Positions 1-8,894 are shown, numbered from the stretch's first letter. The stretch is 64,000 nt of DNA from Candidatus Nealsonbacteria bacterium (GCA_047456295.1 CP179887.1:431159-495158); one strand, 5' to 3'. Numbers and translations: made by a program. Notes: generated by a model not told the origin, from the letters alone.

Positions 1-336
1 TGGCTCCCAGGAAAATCCTTTATATTTATTACATCTCTTTTTACAATTTCTTTCCTTTAAGGGTTTACAGACAGCTATATTTTTCCTTGAATAATTCTGA
101 TAACATTTGATATCTTCTCTCTTTAGGGCTAAGATTGGATGTTCTGGTGTTATTTTTAAAGTTTTTAATTTTGAGATTCCTATCTCTAACATCTCTCCCT
201 GGTAATCCCTTTCAAAAACCTGTTTTGTTTCTCTAAATCTTCCTTGATGAGTTAGAACCTTTTCTTTGGTTTTAATTTTACTAATGGGTCGGGGTAAATA
301 ATTTTCACCGATAACTTTTGTATCTTTAGTCACACA
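1..336 (-). mobile_element. Intein, N-terminal part only (continues beyond window)
   Basis: Own translation after ...FAMNLI: CVTKDTKVIGENYLPRPISKIK...LKITPEHPILALK... This gives a block A-like C-V-T-x-D-T-x-V start (Cys codon 336..334) and a block B-like T-P-E-H. The host motif breaks exactly where the family normally continues C-A-A-G-T-G. Confidence 0.6.
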
Positions 337-726
337 AATTAGATTCATGGCAAAATCTACCGCAACCTTGTTTTCCAAGATAATAATCTTGGAGTCCTGC
401 CCGCCAATTTCAATTATTGTCTTTACATTAGGAATGAAAAAACAAGTTCCTTTGGCATGGGTCGTAATCTCGTTCTTAATTAAATCAGCCCCGGTAATTA
501 CCCCTGCTAAATGACGGGCTGATCCAGTAGTTCCCACTCCACCAATATCAACATTTATACTGTGGTTTTTAATGTGATTTTTTAACTCCCTTAATCCTTC
601 CTGAACAGCCTTAATAGGGTTTCCTTCTGTTCTGCGATAAAGGGAAAATAAAATCTGGTTTCTTTCATCAATTAAAACAAACTTGGTAGAAATAGAACCT
701 ACATCAATACCTAAATATGTCTTCAT
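1..726 (-). CDS. BcrA/BadF/HgdC-type ATPase (2-hydroxyacyl-CoA dehydratase activase-like), partial, intein-interrupted
   Basis: Not in the ORF track because it runs off the window. Own translation from ATG 726..724: MKTYLGIDVGSISTKFVLIDERNQ...GGVGTTGSARHLAG...TIIEIGGQDSKIIILENKVAVDFAMNLI, then intein sequence. ASKHA/BcrAD_BadFG-like phosphate-binding motifs. ATGA start/stop overlap with ORF 723..1796. Confidence 0.75.
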   Translation of the reverse strand, partial: MKTYLGIDVGSISTKFVLIDERNQILFSLYRRTEGNPIKAVQEGLRELKNHIKNHSINVDIGGVGTTGSARHLAGVITGADLIKNEITTHAKGTCFFIPNVKTIIEIGGQDSKIIILENKVAVDFAMNLICVTKDTKVIGENYLPRPISKIKTKEKVLTHQGRFRETKQVFERDYQGEMLEIGISKLKTLKITPEHPILALKREDIKCYQNYSRKNIAVCKPLKERNCKKRCNKYKGFSWEP

Positions 727-1796
727 GTTTTTTTATTTTTGAAATGATTTATTACTACATCTACAAAAGCTTCAATCCTAGTATTTATTCCGGCCTCAGC
801 CACCTGTTCGTCCAATGATAATGATAAAAATGGAATCCCGCTTTCTTGATGAATCTTTTCCAAGATAGGCCTCACAGTGACCTCCGGCATGCATCCAAAA
901 GGTAAAAGATGAACCACACCATTAAAATCTTTTTTCACATAATGAAGCATCTCATATATTGCGTCCCTGCCATGACCGCCCACCGTTGATTTTAAATAAG
1001 GATTTATCTTTCGTTGGATTAACCAATCCTTCCAGGGAAAAATCACTTTTTTAAGATGGTAACTAAGCTCCATCTCCCGGTGAACCTCCATTCCCTCATT
1101 GCCCAGTTTTTTTTCAACCTCAAAATTAATAGTGGAATCAGTAACCGTGTAGATTTCACCTATTAAAGCGACTTTAGGCAAAACCTTGTTTTTGTCAATC
1201 TTGATTCTGGAAAACCTTTTTAAAACCTCTTTTTTCAATTCCGAGAAATATTTTTCTTTATTCAATTCTTCAAGTTTTAAAAAGAACCAAAACAATAATT
1301 TGTCTGTTGTTCCTTTTTCCATTTCTCTCGGCCTATAGTATTGAGCCATTTTTTCAATCCTTTCAATGAGTATTAGTTTTTTAAAAAAGAATCTTATTGC
1401 TCTTAACATCTGCCAAAAGGAAGCTTTAGAGATCTCCTTTATTTTTGAATAGAGTTGTCTTGGTGAAACCTTAAGATTAACAAAGTTGATTTCCCAGCCA
1501 TTATCTTTAAGCACTTTTTCTTGAATCGCTCCATAATACCTCTGACGGCAAGAACCTCCAACATTCTCTGTCATAAAAATGGTATTGGCCCCCTTTCTCA
1601 AGGCCGGCATGTAATTGCCAATGGTTACCTTCATTGGAAAACAAAACATTTCAGGCGCCATTTTAGCTCCCTCTGCAATGGTTTTTGAATTTGTTTTCTC
1701 AGGAGGAATAACCTCCAAACCCACCCCTTCCAAAAGAGACTTAAAGGCAATGGTATAATTTCCCCATCCAGCAAAAGTAACAATTGGTTTTTCCAT
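723..1796 (-). CDS. Activase-associated dehydratase-like subunit (HgdB/DUF2229-like)
   Basis: 357-aa ORF, translationally coupled to the activase gene. Conserved-looking Cys-containing segments (PEMFCFPMKV, GGSCRQRYYG, LLPFGCMPE) resemble 2-hydroxyacyl-CoA dehydratase / YjiM-type partners, from memory. Confidence 0.5.
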   Translation of the reverse strand: MEKPIVTFAGWGNYTIAFKSLLEGVGLEVIPPEKTNSKTIAEGAKMAPEMFCFPMKVTIGNYMPALRKGANTIFMTENVGGSCRQRYYGAIQEKVLKDNGWEINFVNLKVSPRQLYSKIKEISKASFWQMLRAIRFFFKKLILIERIEKMAQYYRPREMEKGTTDKLLFWFFLKLEELNKEKYFSELKKEVLKRFSRIKIDKNKVLPKVALIGEIYTVTDSTINFEVEKKLGNEGMEVHREMELSYHLKKVIFPWKDWLIQRKINPYLKSTVGGHGRDAIYEMLHYVKKDFNGVVHLLPFGCMPEVTVRPILEKIHQESGIPFLSLSLDEQVAEAGINTRIEAFVDVVINHFKNKKT

Positions 1797-1809
1797 GTTT
1801 TTGAAAATA

Positions 1810-2709
1810 TTAATGGAGGGTATCTATAAAAGCTTCCAGCCTTGTCTGAAGACCTGACTCACCAGTATGTTCATCAAGTATTATGTATAAAAACGGGATT
1901 TTTCTCTTTTTAAACTCTTGTTCAACAAATTCCTTTATTACACCATCACAACCGCACTGAAAAGAAGATATTTCAATCCCTCCTACAATATCATATTTAA
2001 AGATTTCCTGAATTTTTTCAATTATTTCTTTACCAAATTCCCAGTGAAAATCAATTATGTCTGACTGTTCCGGTTTAATCTCCTTTTTAAAAGGAACAGG
2101 AACCTCATTTATCAATAAAGGCTGAGTCCCCAATCTCTCCAATTTCTCTTTTGTCCTTAGATTAACATAAACATCATAGAGATTGTAGGGGTGAGAAACC
2201 AAAACAATCTTTGGTTTTTTGGATAATATTTTTTTAAAAAACCTTTGTTTTTGTTTTTGTTTTTGTTTTTCTTCGTTTAAAAAAGCATCTGTTATAGCTT
2301 TTTGTATTTCTTTACTGTTTTTGTTCAGTTTCTTACCTAATTTAACAAGGGTCTTTTTAATCTTTTCTTTTCTTTCGTCAAAGGTTTCAGTTAAAATCGG
2401 AGTTTTAACCAATATCTTTGCCAAATCAGGTAGAGCAAAAAATTTAGGACAGTATTCTAACTTCTCATTATTTGCCTTTAACCGAGGTACAAAAATCAGA
2501 TCGCATTTCCCGTCCAGCCATAATAAGTGACCCCAGTAAACCTTGGTGGAAAAACAGGTTTCAGGGTCAGCTATCTTTACTCCCATTTCTACAATCTCTC
2601 TATTGGTTACAGGAGAAAATAAAACCTCAAAACCAAGACTTTTAAAAAACTCTTCCCAAAAATGAGTCCTTTTCCAATAGATTAAGGCTTTAGGAATACC
2701 AATAATCAT
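1810..2709 (-). CDS. Activase-associated dehydratase-like subunit (DUF2229-like)
   Basis: 299-aa ORF starting MIIGIPKALIYWKRTHFWEEFFKSLGFEVLFSP...ADPETCFSTKV, which is the N-terminal pattern of the CoA-enzyme-activase-associated domain. Same operon as 723..1796 and the activase. Confidence 0.5.
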   Translation of the reverse strand: MIIGIPKALIYWKRTHFWEEFFKSLGFEVLFSPVTNREIVEMGVKIADPETCFSTKVYWGHLLWLDGKCDLIFVPRLKANNEKLEYCPKFFALPDLAKILVKTPILTETFDERKEKIKKTLVKLGKKLNKNSKEIQKAITDAFLNEEKQKQKQKQRFFKKILSKKPKIVLVSHPYNLYDVYVNLRTKEKLERLGTQPLLINEVPVPFKKEIKPEQSDIIDFHWEFGKEIIEKIQEIFKYDIVGGIEISSFQCGCDGVIKEFVEQEFKKRKIPFLYIILDEHTGESGLQTRLEAFIDTLH

Positions 2710-2711
2710 GT

Positions 2712-3956
2712 TTAAAAAAGGGTTTTTTGTTTAGACAGAGATTTCTGCTCTCCTTTGGAAAAAATCTTTACCTTTCCGTAAACTCCATCATAGCCGGGCT
2801 GAACAAAAACCTTTCCTTGTCTAACCCTTATTATTCCTTCTGCAATTTCAGACAGGGTGGCTACCTCAAGGTCTTGATAAGAAGCATTAAGTAAAACCTC
2901 AAATTCACTGCCAAGTTTCTCAATCAAAGACCTGTACTCTTTTTCAACCTGTTTTGAAGCAACCCCCACCTTAAGGACTTCACTAATTATTTCTCTTAAA
3001 GGAACCAAACTTTTAAAAGGAATTGCTCCTGGTGGTTTAAAACCCTTTGGCTCAACCGATATTTGTTCTATTCTGTTTAAAACACCTATGGTCAATGGTT
3101 TTCCGCAGTTGGGACAGATATTATTATATTTCTTTGTTTCTTCAGGTGAAAGACTGATGTTGCATATCCTGTGACCGTCGTAATGATATTTTCCTTCTTG
3201 AGGAAAAAATTCAATGGTATAAAGAAATCTCTGAGAATCTCTTGATTTCAGGGTTTCCATAATTGCTGGGTAACTTAACTCAGTATCAAAAACATTTGCC
3301 TCTCTGCCAATATTAGGTGCTGAATGAGCGTCTGAATTTGAAATCAAGGTTAATTTCTTTCCATCTGGTATACGCCATATCATTTCAGGATTAGCAGATA
3401 ATCCTGTTTCTAAAACAAAGATGTATTTTGAATAATCGTCAAAACACTCCCTGATTGAATCAAACCCGGATTTTGAACCAAAAACAGCAAACCAGGGGGT
3501 CATCACATGGGCAGGAATAATCAAACAATCTTCAGAAATATTCAGAACAATCTTTGCCAGTTCTTTTGCGTCCAATCCTAAAATTGGTCTTCCATCAGCA
3601 GATAAATTTCCAATTAAGTCTAAACGAGCATTAATCTTTTTTACAATTTCAAAGGAAGGAGCGAGAATCACAATGTGGATTTTACGAACCCTTCCTCTCT
3701 TTGAATAAATGCAGCTGATTTCAGAAGTCAGGATAAAACGCGTTTTACTATTGCCTTTAATTTTAAAAAGCCCGCTTTCAGCAGGTTCTAATCCATCTTT
3801 TAGATTCTTAAACCAATAAGGATGAGTAAAATCTCCTGTGCCCAAAACCTTAATTCCTTTGATTTCTGCCCATTTATCAAGGTTTTCCAGATCCATCTTG
3901 GGAGAGGTAGCTCTTGAGTATTTTGAATGCAAATGAAGGTCGGCAATGAATCTCAT
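2712..3956 (-). CDS. Endonuclease Q (PHP-domain, zinc-finger DNA repair endonuclease)
   Basis: ADLHLHSKYSRA, GTGDFTHP, ADGRP, PAHVMTPW, LETGLSA, SNSDAHS, GREANVF, EGKYHYDGH, CPNCGKP, PGYDGVYG occur in the colinear order I recall for archaeal/Bacillus EndoQ. Confidence 0.85.
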   Translation of the reverse strand: MRFIADLHLHSKYSRATSPKMDLENLDKWAEIKGIKVLGTGDFTHPYWFKNLKDGLEPAESGLFKIKGNSKTRFILTSEISCIYSKRGRVRKIHIVILAPSFEIVKKINARLDLIGNLSADGRPILGLDAKELAKIVLNISEDCLIIPAHVMTPWFAVFGSKSGFDSIRECFDDYSKYIFVLETGLSANPEMIWRIPDGKKLTLISNSDAHSAPNIGREANVFDTELSYPAIMETLKSRDSQRFLYTIEFFPQEGKYHYDGHRICNISLSPEETKKYNNICPNCGKPLTIGVLNRIEQISVEPKGFKPPGAIPFKSLVPLREIISEVLKVGVASKQVEKEYRSLIEKLGSEFEVLLNASYQDLEVATLSEIAEGIIRVRQGKVFVQPGYDGVYGKVKIFSKGEQKSLSKQKTLF

Positions 3957-4393
3957 CAGTCTTTTTTAAAGATTTTTTGTTCTAATAAACCAAAACCTGA
4001 TAAAACCAACAGGGTTAAAAAAGTAGTAACGGTAGCTAAAAAATAAAGTTTAATCCCCACCGCTATTCCAATTGATGCTACCACCCACAAACCAGCAGCA
4101 GTGGTTATGCCCACCACTCCAGATGGCTGACGAAAAATAACTCCTGCTCCCAGAAAACCAACACCAATAACCACGGCCTGAATCACCCTTATGGGATCAA
4201 AGGCCATTCCCAACTTTCCAATAAAGAAATTAACCATTTCAGAAGAAATAATGGTAAAGAAACAGGTGCCTAAGGCCACCATACTGTAGGTTCGCAGGCC
4301 TGCTTCTTTTTTCTTGTATTCTCTTTCCAAACCTATTAAAGCTCCCAAACAAATAGCTAAAAACAGCTGGGAGACAGATTGAAAGTCTATCAT
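3956..4393 (-). CDS. MgtC/SapB family membrane protein
   Basis: 145 aa with 4-5 hydrophobic helices and the family signature GLEREYKKKEAGLRTYSMVALG. Confidence 0.8.
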   Translation of the reverse strand: MIDFQSVSQLFLAICLGALIGLEREYKKKEAGLRTYSMVALGTCFFTIISSEMVNFFIGKLGMAFDPIRVIQAVVIGVGFLGAGVIFRQPSGVVGITTAAGLWVVASIGIAVGIKLYFLATVTTFLTLLVLSGFGLLEQKIFKKD

Positions 4394-4434
4394 ATAAATT
4401 TGTAAAGACTATATTAGTCTTTAATTTCCAGGAT

Positions 4435-4716
4435 TTACTCTTCCTCTATTTTATAAACGTTATACCCTTCCCTGACTTTTTGTTCAACCCTTAAACCAAC
4501 GGTTTCACCTTTTTTGGCTGTCTCAACCTTCTTGTGTTCAACCTCTATTGATTCAACTGTCTGTTCAAAATCTGTATCACCTCCTGTTATCCTGATATTA
4601 TCCCCTGTCTTCAGCCCATCGGATAACTTAATGATGGCTACTCCAATCTTGCCAAAATAATGAGTGACCTTCCCGACCAACTTCCCTTGTTTAAGAATAG
4701 ATGCTTTGTCTGGCAT
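4435..4716 (-). CDS. Small beta-barrel protein resembling EF-Tu domain 2
   Basis: 93 aa. G-rich strands (GKVTHYFGKIGVAIIKL..GLKTGDNIRI...KKGETVGLRV) look like translation-factor domain II. Function unknown. Confidence 0.4.
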   Translation of the reverse strand: MPDKASILKQGKLVGKVTHYFGKIGVAIIKLSDGLKTGDNIRITGGDTDFEQTVESIEVEHKKVETAKKGETVGLRVEQKVREGYNVYKIEEE

Positions 4717-4732
4717 ATTTAAATTGATATTG

Positions 4733-5287
4733 TTATTTCCCGACCTTTGATTTTCTTTTTTTAATTAATTTAATTAATTTCTTGACCAGTTTTTTAGGAT
4801 CTCTATCATAAACAATCCTTTTTGTCCCTCTGAAAGGACCTGTGGCTATGTATCTTATCTTATCTGCTGTTCCTCCTGTTCCCTCCAACACCCCAATAGG
4901 CTTTTGTATTTCAAAAGCAGTAACAAATTCATGTAAGGTTCCCATCCGGCCACAAACCACGATTACTCCGTCTACTGCCCTGGTCATTAATAGATTTCTG
5001 CCGCTATAATCAGCCCCAGTATAGACTATTACGTCAAAAGCATCTGTGGGAAGCCTGTAGGTCTTTAAATGAGCAACCTCAGAGCTTGCAGGGGAAAAAC
5101 CAATGGAAAATCCATCAACTTCTTTAAAACCCAAAGCAGCAAGATAAGGAACGCCTGTGGTAGCTCCTGTAACCAGGATACATCCCTGGCGGGCAATCTC
5201 CCTGCCAACCTCCTTGGCTATACTTTTTATCTTTTTACAGCAATGGGATGTCTGGGCTGCTCCAGAAACTGCAATCTTATAGGCCAT
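4733..5287 (-). CDS. TIGR00725/LOG-like Rossmann-fold protein
   Basis: IAVSGAA...EVGREIARQGCILVTGATTGVPY...GRMGTLHEF resembles the SLOG/LOG-like nucleotide-binding family. Confidence 0.55.
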   Translation of the reverse strand: MAYKIAVSGAAQTSHCCKKIKSIAKEVGREIARQGCILVTGATTGVPYLAALGFKEVDGFSIGFSPASSEVAHLKTYRLPTDAFDVIVYTGADYSGRNLLMTRAVDGVIVVCGRMGTLHEFVTAFEIQKPIGVLEGTGGTADKIRYIATGPFRGTKRIVYDRDPKKLVKKLIKLIKKRKSKVGK

Positions 5288-5305
5288 AAATATATCTTAT
5301 CAAAC

Positions 5306-5501
5306 TAAAAACGGGAAGTAAAACGTCCCGTCTTTAGAGAGAAGGGAACAATTTTCTATAAAATTGGTTTGAGCTCGAACCCAGTTGGACAATCACTGGA
5401 GAATTCTTTTCAACCTCCTTCATTAAAAAATTGTTTGTCCTACGGAAACAATTCCGTACCCCCTCAATTTCTAATTTTAGATAATCAAAAACTTTTGTCA
5501 A
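5306..5501 (-). promoter_or_regulatory. Candidate structured leader or small RNA (promoter to intrinsic terminator)
   Basis: On the minus strand: TTGACA (5501..5496), 16-nt spacer, TAAAAT (5479..5474). About 165 nt follow with several hairpins and a 9-bp long-range pairing (AACAATTTT/AAAATTGTT). Then a stem ACGGGA/TCCCGT plus a T-run (5332..5306), about 20 nt before the ATG at 5287. Confidence 0.35.
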
Positions 5502-5546
5502 GTTCTGGTTAGAAGGGTCCAATTATTACCTGTCTTGCTTTTATTT

Positions 5547-5618
5547 TGCCCCTGGCAGGAATCGAACCTGCATCTGAAACTCCGGAGGTTTCTACTTTAT
5601 CCATTAAGCTACAGGGAC
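5547..5618 (-). tRNA. tRNA-Arg (anticodon CCG)
   Basis: 72-nt cloverleaf folded by hand: acceptor GTCCCTG/CAGGGGC, D arm GCTT-AATGGATA-AAGT, anticodon arm GAAAC-CTCCGGA-GTTTC, T arm GCAGG-TTCGATT-CCTGC. No encoded CCA. Confidence 0.9.
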
Positions 5619-5679
5619 AACATATCAAAAAGATAAAAATTAAAAAATGAGTTATACTTAATTCAAAGAATCAGATTTT

Positions 5680-6378
5680 TCATAAAGGCTTTTCTGCTAC
5701 CAGGTAGATGTTCTGACGATTTCCTTTTCTGCTTTTTATAATTCCTGATTTTATAATTCTCAAACCAGCCTTTCTTACCAAATCCTCTATTTCTTTTTTG
5801 AAAAAATAATGATAATATCTCTTTGTCTTTTTACCCCAGGGTATAAAAAGGTCTCCCCAGTCTAATTCTGACCTTCTGATTATTTTTAAGAAAGTATATT
5901 TTAATAACAAACGCATATCCTTTGGCCGATGGAGCTTCCAGACAGTCAGAACTATCAATCCCCTGGGTCTTAAAACTCTTTTCACCTCCTTTAAAAATTG
6001 AATTCCAAAGTTTTTTACCGGTATCTGATGCAAAACAGCAATACTGTAAACCTTATCAAAAGAATTATCAGGAAAAGATAAATTTAAGGCCTCTTCCACC
6101 TGAAATCTGGCCTGGGGATATTTATCTTTTGCAATTTTAATTAATTCTGCACAATTATCAAACCCGTAATAATCAATCTTTCTTTCGTTAAAAAATGGGA
6201 AGTATCTGCCGTTTCCGCAACCCAAATCTAAAACCTTGTCATTGGGAATCAAATAATCATCAAATAAAAATCTCATCTCTGACCAGGGAAACTTCCTTGT
6301 TCTTGAAAAATCCTTGGCAATTAAGATATAGTCTTCCTTGGTCTTTTCCAATAGATATTGAGCATAATCTCTTTTCAT
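5680..6378 (-). CDS. Class I SAM-dependent methyltransferase
   Basis: Motif I VLDLGCGNGRY and a post-I acidic residue. The ORF track starts at TTG 6390; ATG at 6378 (MKRDYAQYLLEK...) is the more likely start. Confidence 0.75.
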   Translation of the reverse strand: MKRDYAQYLLEKTKEDYILIAKDFSRTRKFPWSEMRFLFDDYLIPNDKVLDLGCGNGRYFPFFNERKIDYYGFDNCAELIKIAKDKYPQARFQVEEALNLSFPDNSFDKVYSIAVLHQIPVKNFGIQFLKEVKRVLRPRGLIVLTVWKLHRPKDMRLLLKYTFLKIIRRSELDWGDLFIPWGKKTKRYYHYFFKKEIEDLVRKAGLRIIKSGIIKSRKGNRQNIYLVAEKPL

Positions 6379-7980
6379 ATGAAAATCCAAAAATTAATCA
6401 TTAAAGACTTAATCAAAGACCGGGCTAGAACCTCGGCTGATTTAGTCTCCTTTAAGAGAAAGATTGCTAAAAAATACAAGATTCCCTGCCCGAGCAATAT
6501 TCAGTTATTAAAAGCTTATCACGAATTATTAAAAGAGAAAAGGATAAATAAAATAGAGAGGATCGAGACCCTGCTCAGGACCAGACCTGTCCGTTCCCTT
6601 TCAGGAATCATTAATGTTTCAGTGCTGACAAAACCATATCCCTGTCCTGGCAAATGTCTTTATTGTCCTGATGAAAAAGGCGTGCCAAAGAGTTATTTAT
6701 CCGGAGAACCAGCAGTACAAAGGGCTAAAAAATTAAGATATCATCCCTATCTCCAGGTGAAAAAAAGAATAGAAATGTTGAACGCCCAGGGTCATCCTAC
6801 TGACAAAATCGATCTGAGGATAATAGGGGGAACATGGTCATATTATCCCAAACAATATCAAACATGGTTTGTAAAAAGCTGTTTTAATGCCTGTAATAAA
6901 AAACAAGCTAACAATTTAATTGAGGCTCAAAGATTAAACGAAAGGGCAAAACACAGAATCATTGGATTGTCTGTGGAAACAAGGCCTGATTTTGTTGATG
7001 AAAAAGAAATAAAACGAATGAGAAGATTAGGGATTACCAAGGTGGAAATGGGAATCCAGAGTGTCTATGATGAGGTTTTAACCCTAAACCAGAGAGGGCA
7101 TCAGGTTGAAGCTATTATAAAAGCTACCAAACTATTAAAGGATGCAGGTTTTAAAGTTTCCTATCAAGTAATGCCAAACCTTCCTGGCTCCAACCCTAAA
7201 AAAGACGTGGAAATGTTTGACCAACTCTTTAAAAATCCTGATTTTAAACCAGATTTGCTGAAAATATATCCCTGCGCCCTCTTAAAACAAGCTCCTTTAT
7301 ACAAATTATATCTGAAAGGAAAATACAAACCCTATTCCAGGAAAACCTTATTTAATATCATAAAAAAAGCAAAAAAGAAAACCCCTTATTATGTAAGAAT
7401 AGAAAGAATAGCAAGAGACATTCCTTCACAAGAAATCATTACAGGACCTGCCAAGATATCCAATATGAGGCAGTTGGTAAAAGAAAAAATAAAAAAAGAG
7501 GGCTGGACCTGTAAATGTATCAGGTGCAGAGAAGTAAAAGACAGATATGATGTAAAAGAAAAACTATATTTATTTAGAGAAGACTATAATGCTTCTGAAG
7601 GAAAAGAAATATTTTTAACTTTTGAGAATAAAGAACGAACCAAACTCTATAGTCTATTAAGGTTAAGAATACCCTCTTTTTCTCTTAGAGATTCAAACGA
7701 CAAGCATTTTCTATCTGTTTTGGAAAACGCAGCTATTATTCGAGGAATACATACCTATGGTCAATTAGTCCCAATTGCCGAGAAAAAAAAGGCTCCTCAA
7801 CACAAAGGCCTTGGGAAAAAATTAATTAAAAGGGCTGAAAAAATAAGCGAAAAAGAATTTGGTTTAAAAAAAATAGCTGTAATTTCAGCTGTTGGAGCCC
7901 GGGGATATTACCGCAGATTGGGATATAAGCTAAAGAATGACTATATGTTAAGAAACATCTCCAAAATCTTTAGGTCATAA
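6379..7980 (+). CDS. elp3: Elp3-like radical-SAM / GNAT protein (tRNA wobble uridine modification homolog)
   Basis: PYPCPGKCLYCPDEKGVPKSYLSGEPAVQRA radical-SAM cluster region, long colinear Elp3-like body, and a C-terminal GNAT segment (HKGLGKKLIKRAE...ARGYYRRLGY). The ORF track starts at TTG 6358; ATG 6379 is likely. Confidence 0.85.
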   Translation: MKIQKLIIKDLIKDRARTSADLVSFKRKIAKKYKIPCPSNIQLLKAYHELLKEKRINKIERIETLLRTRPVRSLSGIINVSVLTKPYPCPGKCLYCPDEKGVPKSYLSGEPAVQRAKKLRYHPYLQVKKRIEMLNAQGHPTDKIDLRIIGGTWSYYPKQYQTWFVKSCFNACNKKQANNLIEAQRLNERAKHRIIGLSVETRPDFVDEKEIKRMRRLGITKVEMGIQSVYDEVLTLNQRGHQVEAIIKATKLLKDAGFKVSYQVMPNLPGSNPKKDVEMFDQLFKNPDFKPDLLKIYPCALLKQAPLYKLYLKGKYKPYSRKTLFNIIKKAKKKTPYYVRIERIARDIPSQEIITGPAKISNMRQLVKEKIKKEGWTCKCIRCREVKDRYDVKEKLYLFREDYNASEGKEIFLTFENKERTKLYSLLRLRIPSFSLRDSNDKHFLSVLENAAIIRGIHTYGQLVPIAEKKKAPQHKGLGKKLIKRAEKISEKEFGLKKIAVISAVGARGYYRRLGYKLKNDYMLRNISKIFRS

Positions 7981-8009
7981 AATGCTTTCAGGTTTTATTC
8001 TTTGACAGT

Positions 8010-8894
8010 TTAATAAAGGATTTTTGTCATTAAATAACCTAAAATTGAAAAAAAGGCAATAGGAGGCAAAGCGGGAATTGGTTTCCGTTTTTTTTGAGAA
8101 ACAAAAAACCAGAAACTAACAAAAAGGCCGAACAAAGAAAAAAAGGCAACAATCAAAGAATTAAAAATTCCTGAAGGAATTAAAGAAGAACAAAGGAGTA
8201 ATGGAAAAACCATATCTCCTCCGCCTAAAATTAAAAATCTGCCACCGGGCTTAATCTCTTTTAAACTCTCCTGGAAGCCAGAAAGGTCAGGGGGAATAAT
8301 CATTCCCAAGATAGCTTTACTCTTTATCATCTCTTTTGCCATCTCAACCATGTGTTTTGTTTTATAAACAGCAATAAGGTCGTAAATTGAAAAAATGATT
8401 AAAAAGATTATTACTGCCTCAGGAGAGAAGGCTAAACCCAACATGCTCCCTGCCCCGGCTATCCCCAACATTATACAGAGGTCTTGAATTAAAATTAATG
8501 GTTTTTTCCACCACCAGATGATTAAGAACCCCATTAAAAGGAAAGAGGGTGTGACTGGAATCCAGCTATTGATAACCAGCATTCCGCCCCAGAAAACAGC
8601 TAACACAAAAAGGGCCTTAAAGATTGTACTTTTTTGTTTCTTTAATTTTATAAAATGGATTAAAAAATAGATAAATAAGGTAGCTAAAAAAAATTGAATT
8701 ATGAATTGCAAAAAAGGAATTTGAGGAATGTCAATTTTTTTAACAGTAACAATTTCATTAATTCTAAAAGCAGTGACAATTCCCAGTCCCAGGGTTAAAA
8801 AAAATAAAAAGGCTTCGATAATAAAAACCTTCCATATGTTTTGAAGAAAGCTTTTCCTTTCCTCATTTATTTGTGCCTGGGTCTGTTCTGGCAT
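8010..8894 (-). CDS. Presenilin / signal-peptide-peptidase-like intramembrane aspartyl protease
   Basis: Polytopic, with about 8-9 helices. YD (SIYDLIAVY), GxGD-like (LGGGDMVFP) and PAL (PIPALPPIA) motifs appear in the canonical order. Confidence 0.7.
   Translation of the reverse strand: MPEQTQAQINEERKSFLQNIWKVFIIEAFLFFLTLGLGIVTAFRINEIVTVKKIDIPQIPFLQFIIQFFLATLFIYFLIHFIKLKKQKSTIFKALFVLAVFWGGMLVINSWIPVTPSFLLMGFLIIWWWKKPLILIQDLCIMLGIAGAGSMLGLAFSPEAVIIFLIIFSIYDLIAVYKTKHMVEMAKEMIKSKAILGMIIPPDLSGFQESLKEIKPGGRFLILGGGDMVFPLLLCSSLIPSGIFNSLIVAFFSLFGLFVSFWFFVSQKKRKPIPALPPIAFFSILGYLMTKILY

Noticed and set aside
2219-2530. Antisense or overlapping ORFs inside large genes (also 5069..5308, 5922..6140, 6195..6404, 19436..19693, 19782..20105, 20827..21255, 46040..46492, 57502..57885, 58563..58946 and similar)
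   Set aside because: They are low-complexity translations of AT-rich antisense strands, each fully nested in a well-supported gene.
5334-5522. 62-aa ORF between tRNA-Arg and the LOG-like gene
   Set aside because: It contains a near-consensus promoter within its own 5' end and shows no protein-like pattern. It is better explained as a non-coding leader or sRNA.
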